Source of the DNA: Phyllobates terribilis | Taxonomy: Eukaryota | Assembly: GCF_046119375.1 (NCBI RefSeq) | Contig: NW_027362763.1 | Coordinates: 288,796,001-288,860,000 of the forward strand | DNA: 64,000 nt | Reading direction: 5' to 3' | Shown: piece after piece, positions 58,813 through 64,000 of the stretch | How the letters are laid out: every line of letters begins with the position of its first letter | Numbering within the stretch: the first letter of the stretch is position 1 | Position numbers and translations under genes: made by a program | Notes under the pieces: generated by a model | Database searches by the model: none | Seen by the model: only the letters and a program-made list of their open reading frames with translations | Told to the model about the DNA's origin: nothing

Positions 58813-61115
58813 CAGGGCCGGCCTTTGGGGCGTGCCAGCTGTGCAACTGCACAGGGCGCCTCAAACTTGAGAGTGAAGGGGGGCGCTGCGCTGGCTCCCT
58901 CCCCGTCGGTATTTTTCTTATGGAAGAGCAGAGAGGGAGCGCCCAGCGTTTCTTCTGTGCTCAGGCGCCGGCGCCCCCTCTCTGCTCTGAAATGTCCGGC
59001 CGGGACCCGGGCGCGCTGCACTCTCTCCTCCTCACACACAGGGGCGGAACTACCGCCCGTGCAGCCGGTTCATTGAACGGGGGCCCCGAGGGAGAGGGGG
59101 CCCCTTCAGCCTCCAGCAGGGCCGCCATCAGGGCATGACTGCCCTGACTCCAGTATGGGGCCCGGCCGGTAGGGGCCCCCTTGGGGGCCCCCCTCTTGTG
59201 TGTCTCTCTCCTCATGGGGCCCCCGGCCCCATGCTAAGCGCCGGGGCCGGAACATCTCTGTCATGATTTCTCTGACTTCCGGTCATGTGACGGCACCGTC
59301 ACATGACCGGAAGTCAGGAGAACCTGGTGTCATCGATTTGGACGAGGATTCTGCAGGGATCGCATGGGGGTAAGTATAACAAGTTTTTTTTTTTTTTTAA
59401 ATACAATTTACTAGGAGTGGGGGGAATGGGAGGTGCACATGTGGGGGAGGGGAATGAGAGAGGTGCACATGTGGGGGAGGGGGATGAGAGAGGTGCACAT
59501 GTGGGGGAGGGGGATGAGAGGTGTGCACATGTGGGGGAGGGGGATGAGAGAGGTGCACATGTGGGGGAGGGGGATGAGAGAGGTGCACATGTGGGGGAGG
59601 GGGATGAGAGATGTGCACATGGGGGGGATGAGAGAGGTGCACATGTGGGGGAGGGGGATGAGAGAGGTGCACATGTGGGGGAGGGGGATGAGAGAGGTGC
59701 ACATGTGGGGGAGTGGGATGAGAGAGGTGCACATGTGGGGGAGGGGGATGAGAGAGGGGCACATGTGGGGGAGGGGGATGAGAGAGGGGCACATGTGGGG
59801 GAGGGGGATGAGAGATGTGCACATGGGGGGGTGAGAGCTGCACATGGGGGAATTGGGAGAAAATGAGCTGCACATGGGGGAATTGGGAGTAGGGGGATAA
59901 TGAGCTGCACATAATGAATGTGGGGTGGGGGACAGTAAATGATGATGGGGTGGGGAGAGCAGGACATGATATAATGAATTGGGGCAGGGGGTGCATGTAA
60001 ATAATGAATGCGGGGAGCAGGAAGTATAGAGTAGGGGGCGTTGCGGATGCAGGAGTGTAACTGGTAACAAATTGGCGGAAAGAGTAGAGGTTCTAATTAA
60101 ATTATATATTAAGTGCCTATTTACAGTTAATGGGGGCACCGTGGTGGATTACAATTTATATTTGGAATGGTAGGTTGTATAATAACTAACCATATATTGA
60201 TGGTGGATACACGTCTGTATTCAGCTGCGTAATGTAGAAGTTGGGGAATGTGCTCTAGATAACTGTGTTATTTTATGCAGAGACGAGTCCTGGCTGGAAG
60301 ACGTAATGGCGGTCTGTGCTGGATGAAGGAGAAAAGCGTAGCTGAAGGACTTCACCTAGAGACGTCACCAGTGAGTCAGTGTATTACATGTACACTTACA
60401 CTATATACTATGTACCGGGCTCCTGTGTATAATGTCACTGGTGATCACTGTATTACCTGTACACTGACACTATATACAGAGCTCCTGTGTATAATGTCAC
60501 TGATGATCACTGTATTACCTGTACACTGACACTATATACAGAGCTCCTGTGTATAATGTCACTGGTGATCACTAGATTACCTGGACACTTACATTATACA
60601 TACCATGTATAGAGCTCCCGTGCATAATGACACTTATGGTAATATTAGTAATGTGGTGGTAATATTAGTAATGTGGTGGTAATATGTGGTCTGGTCATGG
60701 TGTGGCAGTTTTTCCCCCTTCTGTGTGGTATTATTCGGTCACTATGTTGTGGTAATATGTGGTCTGGTCATGGTGTGGCAGTATTCCCTGTATGTGGTAT
60801 TATTGGTCATTTTTAAAAAAAAATGTATATGACACATTCCCTTAAAGAAAACTAAATAAAAATATATCTAAAAAGAGTATTGGATATTTTAAGAAAATTT
60901 TAATAGGTTAGAGTAGGGCCCTGCCAGAAGAGTCTACCTTATCGTGGTGGCGGCTTTAAAACTTTTCAACTTTTGTTGCTTGTTATTACTTGATCATTTG
61001 ATTAATAAAAAATGCACTTGTTGTTTTCACCTACATGAGTTTAATTTTTTTTCTTTGGGGGGGGGCGCCAAGAGGGATTTCGCACAGGGCGCCATATACC
61101 CTAAGGCCGGCCCTG
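58813..61115. mobile_element. hAT-type non-autonomous element between the LRRC34 5' end and the LRRIQ4 coding exon
   Basis: TIR CAGGGCCGGCCTT / AAGGCCGGCCCTG; perfect 8-bp TSD ACAGCTAT (58805-58812 and 61116-61123). Confidence 0.9.
59433..59850 (+). repeat. 30-bp G-rich minisatellite, about 14 copies, inside the hAT element
   Basis: GCACATGTGGGGGAGGGGGATGAGAGAGGT. Confidence 0.93.
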
Positions 61116-61454
61116 ACAGCTATAACCCCCAAGTTGTACAGAGCTGTAAATGACACTGAAGGGCACGTGCACACACACCAGGCAGGGCAGAGATCCAAAG
61201 CTGAAGCTGACATTTCCCTGCCGGTGGCCCCCGATGTGCCAGCGGATCCGTATGAAGATGAGCTAACCGGTGACATTTCAGTGCGGAATCTTCAGGTTTT
61301 GTCTTTTTTTTCCAATGCACATTCTAAAACCGGAGCAGATTTTCATTGTAAATAGAATTGGGTGTATAATTACCATCATCACTCAGATGTACTCGCACTC
61401 ACCCACCAGCGGCATTGCTGGGGTCTACAAAATATCTCTCCTCCATCTGAAGAG

Positions 61455-61695
61455 ATTTTTATTTTTATATAGCGCTAACATATTCTGCAGCACTTTACAG
61501 ACATCATCATCACTGTCCCCATTGGGGCTCACAATCTACATTCCCTATCAGTATGTCTTTGGAGTGTGGGAGGAAACCCACAGAAACACAGGGAGAACAT
61601 ACAAACCCCTTGCAGATGTTCTCCTTGGTGGGATTTGAACCCAGGACCCCAATGCTGCAAAGCTGCAGTGCTAACCACTGAGCCACTGTGCTGCC
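61455..61695 (-). mobile_element. tRNA-derived SINE
   Basis: Minus strand: A box TGGCTCAGTGG (61675-61685), B box GGTTCAAATCC (61631-61641), A-rich tail near 61455. Confidence 0.8.
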
Positions 61696-62621
61696 AAAGT
61701 GTAATAAGAATAGTATAATAATAATGCTTTGAAAAAAATAGAAGTGGAATAAATTTACAAGAAGATGTAGAAGAGTTTTATTTTTAGCAATTAACAAAAT
61801 GTGAAATAAGTGAACAATCTAAAATCAACATTAATTCAGTGTGACTGCTCTTTGCCTTGAAAACGACATCAATTCTTCTATGTACACTTACACAAAGTTT
61901 TAGAACAACTCAGCAAAGAAGTTGTTCCAAAGATCTTGGAGAACTAACCACAGATCTTCTGTTTGTAGGTGTGCAAATCCTTCTGTATCTTCGTTGATTA
62001 TTCACAGGCTTAGAGCAGTTTATGGCTAACCCAAGTAAGTGCTCTTCGCTCTGCAATAGAATTCAATGGAATCCCCCATTGAAGGCAATTACAGCAGTCA
62101 GGCTACTGACACCAATGTGCGCCTCCCATTAAATAAATTGGTTAGTGCCTCTGCCTAGAGGTAGAAAAAAGTCTGGTTCTAATTCTGCATGGAAAATCCT
62201 CTCGTAAGTACAGGACTGTGAAAATCCTATTCAAATGGAGATGAAAAATGACTCCAAACTTTCCTTAGAAATTCAGGTACCCCATAGAGGCCAAAAGAGA
62301 GTCAGTCCTGTATATGTCTTTGTACTTTTTTGTGGTATTGAATAGCGATTCCATACAAAGGTATAAAATAAAATAGCATATTGTGATGACTTTTTGTTTT
62401 TATACTGGAAGTCTATTAACATACGCCAGGAGATCCTCCCAGTTGATGCCTCCAAATACTGTGGCTGAAAATATTGTGTGAACAGAAGCTTGCTACCTTA
62501 TCTGGGCAGTATATATTTCATTAGAGAACCTTTTCATAAGACATCACTGATTTTTACATTTAAGATATTTAATTCTTGTCATCTTATTTTGTATAGATAT
62601 ATGTAAACTGGACTTACCACC

Positions 62622-63716
62622 ATGTCTGAACTAAGTGAATGCTTGCCTGGTAGGATGCTCAATGTTCGCTTTTTAAATACAGTGACTTCTGTTTTTTTGG
62701 ACACCAATGAGCAGATATTGGAGACCGTGCACAAGAACCAAGAATCTGAGTTATTTAACCATGTGAAATACCGTGTCCTCTTCATGGATTCTGCTCAACA
62801 AAAGCACACTGAGATCCCGGTCTCGATTTTTGATCTAGAGGACCTTGAAGAACTACACTTAGAGAAGAACCATATTGAGTTCATCCCAAAGGAGATCTGC
62901 CATTTCCACAATATCAAAGTCCTCTACCTGAATAATAACAATATTATTAATGTTTGTGAGGAACTTGGAGAGCTGAGGAATCTCCAGAACTTAGACCTTA
63001 GCAACAACCCTCTAAATTACAACTCATTAGATGCCATAAGCAAGATCCATCAACTTCGTGAACTAAGACTTTACAACATAAGCCTTGAAGAGTTCCCAGT
63101 TGAGCTTTGCAAGCGCCTTTATCATTTACAACTACTTGGTTTATCCAACAACAAACTAAAGTCTCTCCCTCCAGAAATAACTAATTTATTACACCTGAAA
63201 GAAATATATTTGCAGCATAATGACTTTACGTTATTTCCCATACACATATGTGCTTTGAAACAGCTGGAGGTGGTGGATTTGGAAAAAAATAAGTTGACAT
63301 CTCTACCGGTTGAAATTGGATCTTTATCTAATCTAGTTAAACTGTTCATTAGTTTCAATAAACTTTCCTCCATCCCAAAGACACTTTGTCAGTGCAAAAA
63401 GCTGGTAGTTCTAGACCTCACTGGGAATCACCTGCAAAAACTTCCTCATCTTATCGGTGAACTGAAAGAGCTAAATGAACTGGGGCTGTCAAATAATGAC
63501 TTAAAAAAGCTACCATCTAGGATATGTCATTTACAATCCCTTGCTGTCCTCTATCTGAAACACACTGGCTTGTCTACGTTACCTGCTGGATTTGCTGAGC
63601 TGGATTCCCTCCTGACACTAGATCTCAGCCAAAATTGCTTTACTGATTTCCCTCATGAAATTTGTGGTCTCAAGAATCTTCAAATCTTATCAATGGATGA
63701 CAATTTATTGAGTACG
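62622..63716 (+). CDS. LRRIQ4: LRRIQ4 first large coding exon (365 codons of tandem LRRs); partial gene, continues beyond window
   Basis: Acceptor ttttgtatag| before 62597, ACCATG start, LxxLxLxxNxLxxLP repeats matching recalled LRRIQ4 (LEELHLEKNHIEFIP..; QLRELRLY; LDLSQN..ICGLKNLQILSMDDN), donor ACG|gtaagc. Position is head-to-head with LRRC34 as in mammals. Confidence 0.88.
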
Positions 63717-64000
63717 GTAAGCGCATTTTATGTAAGATAATGAGTATATTTCCTTATATGAATTTTATCTCCCCCTTCTTTCTCTGTTGTCCACAGCTTT
63801 AGATGACCATAATAGGGACAAAAGGTCCTTGACATGAAGGTCTTTGGATCCCTAATAATTCTACATTTTATTATGTATTGACTTTTAAATCCTTTAGGTA
63901 TGTTGTAATTGTAGTTAAAATTCAGGTCCCCAAGTTTGAGTCAAAATATGTTATCTTCAGTAATACCGAGATTTTGGGGTCGCGACTCTCTGCTTCCACC

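Noticed and set aside
59303-60139. HVGEGDERGA / PPPPHV repeat ORFs
   Set aside because: Translations of the 30-bp minisatellite inside a TSD-bounded hAT element.
61631-61695. tRNA-like A and B boxes
   Set aside because: Head of a SINE with body and A-rich tail; no full cloverleaf, so not called a tRNA gene.
63717-63740. VSAFYVR* ending of the 372-aa ORF
   Set aside because: Read-through into the intron after the ACG|gtaagc donor; LRRIQ4 continues beyond it.

Overview
Vertebrate genomic DNA, most likely an anuran (frog), inferred from gene divergence and the MITE/Tc1 repeat content. It covers the conserved MYNN-LRRC34-LRRIQ4 block (human 3q26.2, next to TERC). I reconstructed three genes by hand from splice sites and recalled protein similarity. 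MYNN (+; probable non-coding exon 1 ending at 18767; 7 coding exons 24290-35015; 598-599 aa BTB plus 8 C2H2 fingers). LRRC34 (-; 11 coding exons 58338-42410; 431 aa). LRRIQ4 (+; first large coding exon 62622-63716; gene continues past the window). The rest is mostly transposon debris and minisatellites: two long-TIR DD38E Tc1 elements, other Tc1 remnants, Harbinger, hAT, piggyBac and Kolobok-type non-autonomous elements (most with checked TSDs), two solo LTRs, a tRNA-derived SINE and several VNTRs. All very long ORFs in the track come from stop-free tandem repeats. I found no convincing new biological system. The best oddities are: a 28-bp micro-inversion that flips the start codon of an otherwise intact DD38E transposase; an RFX X-box centred on the LRRC34 ATG; a possible recursive splice site at MYNN exon 2; decayed hammerhead-ribozyme cores; and higher-order structure in intronic VNTRs. 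TERC, expected upstream of MYNN by synteny, was not found; a 138-N gap lies there.
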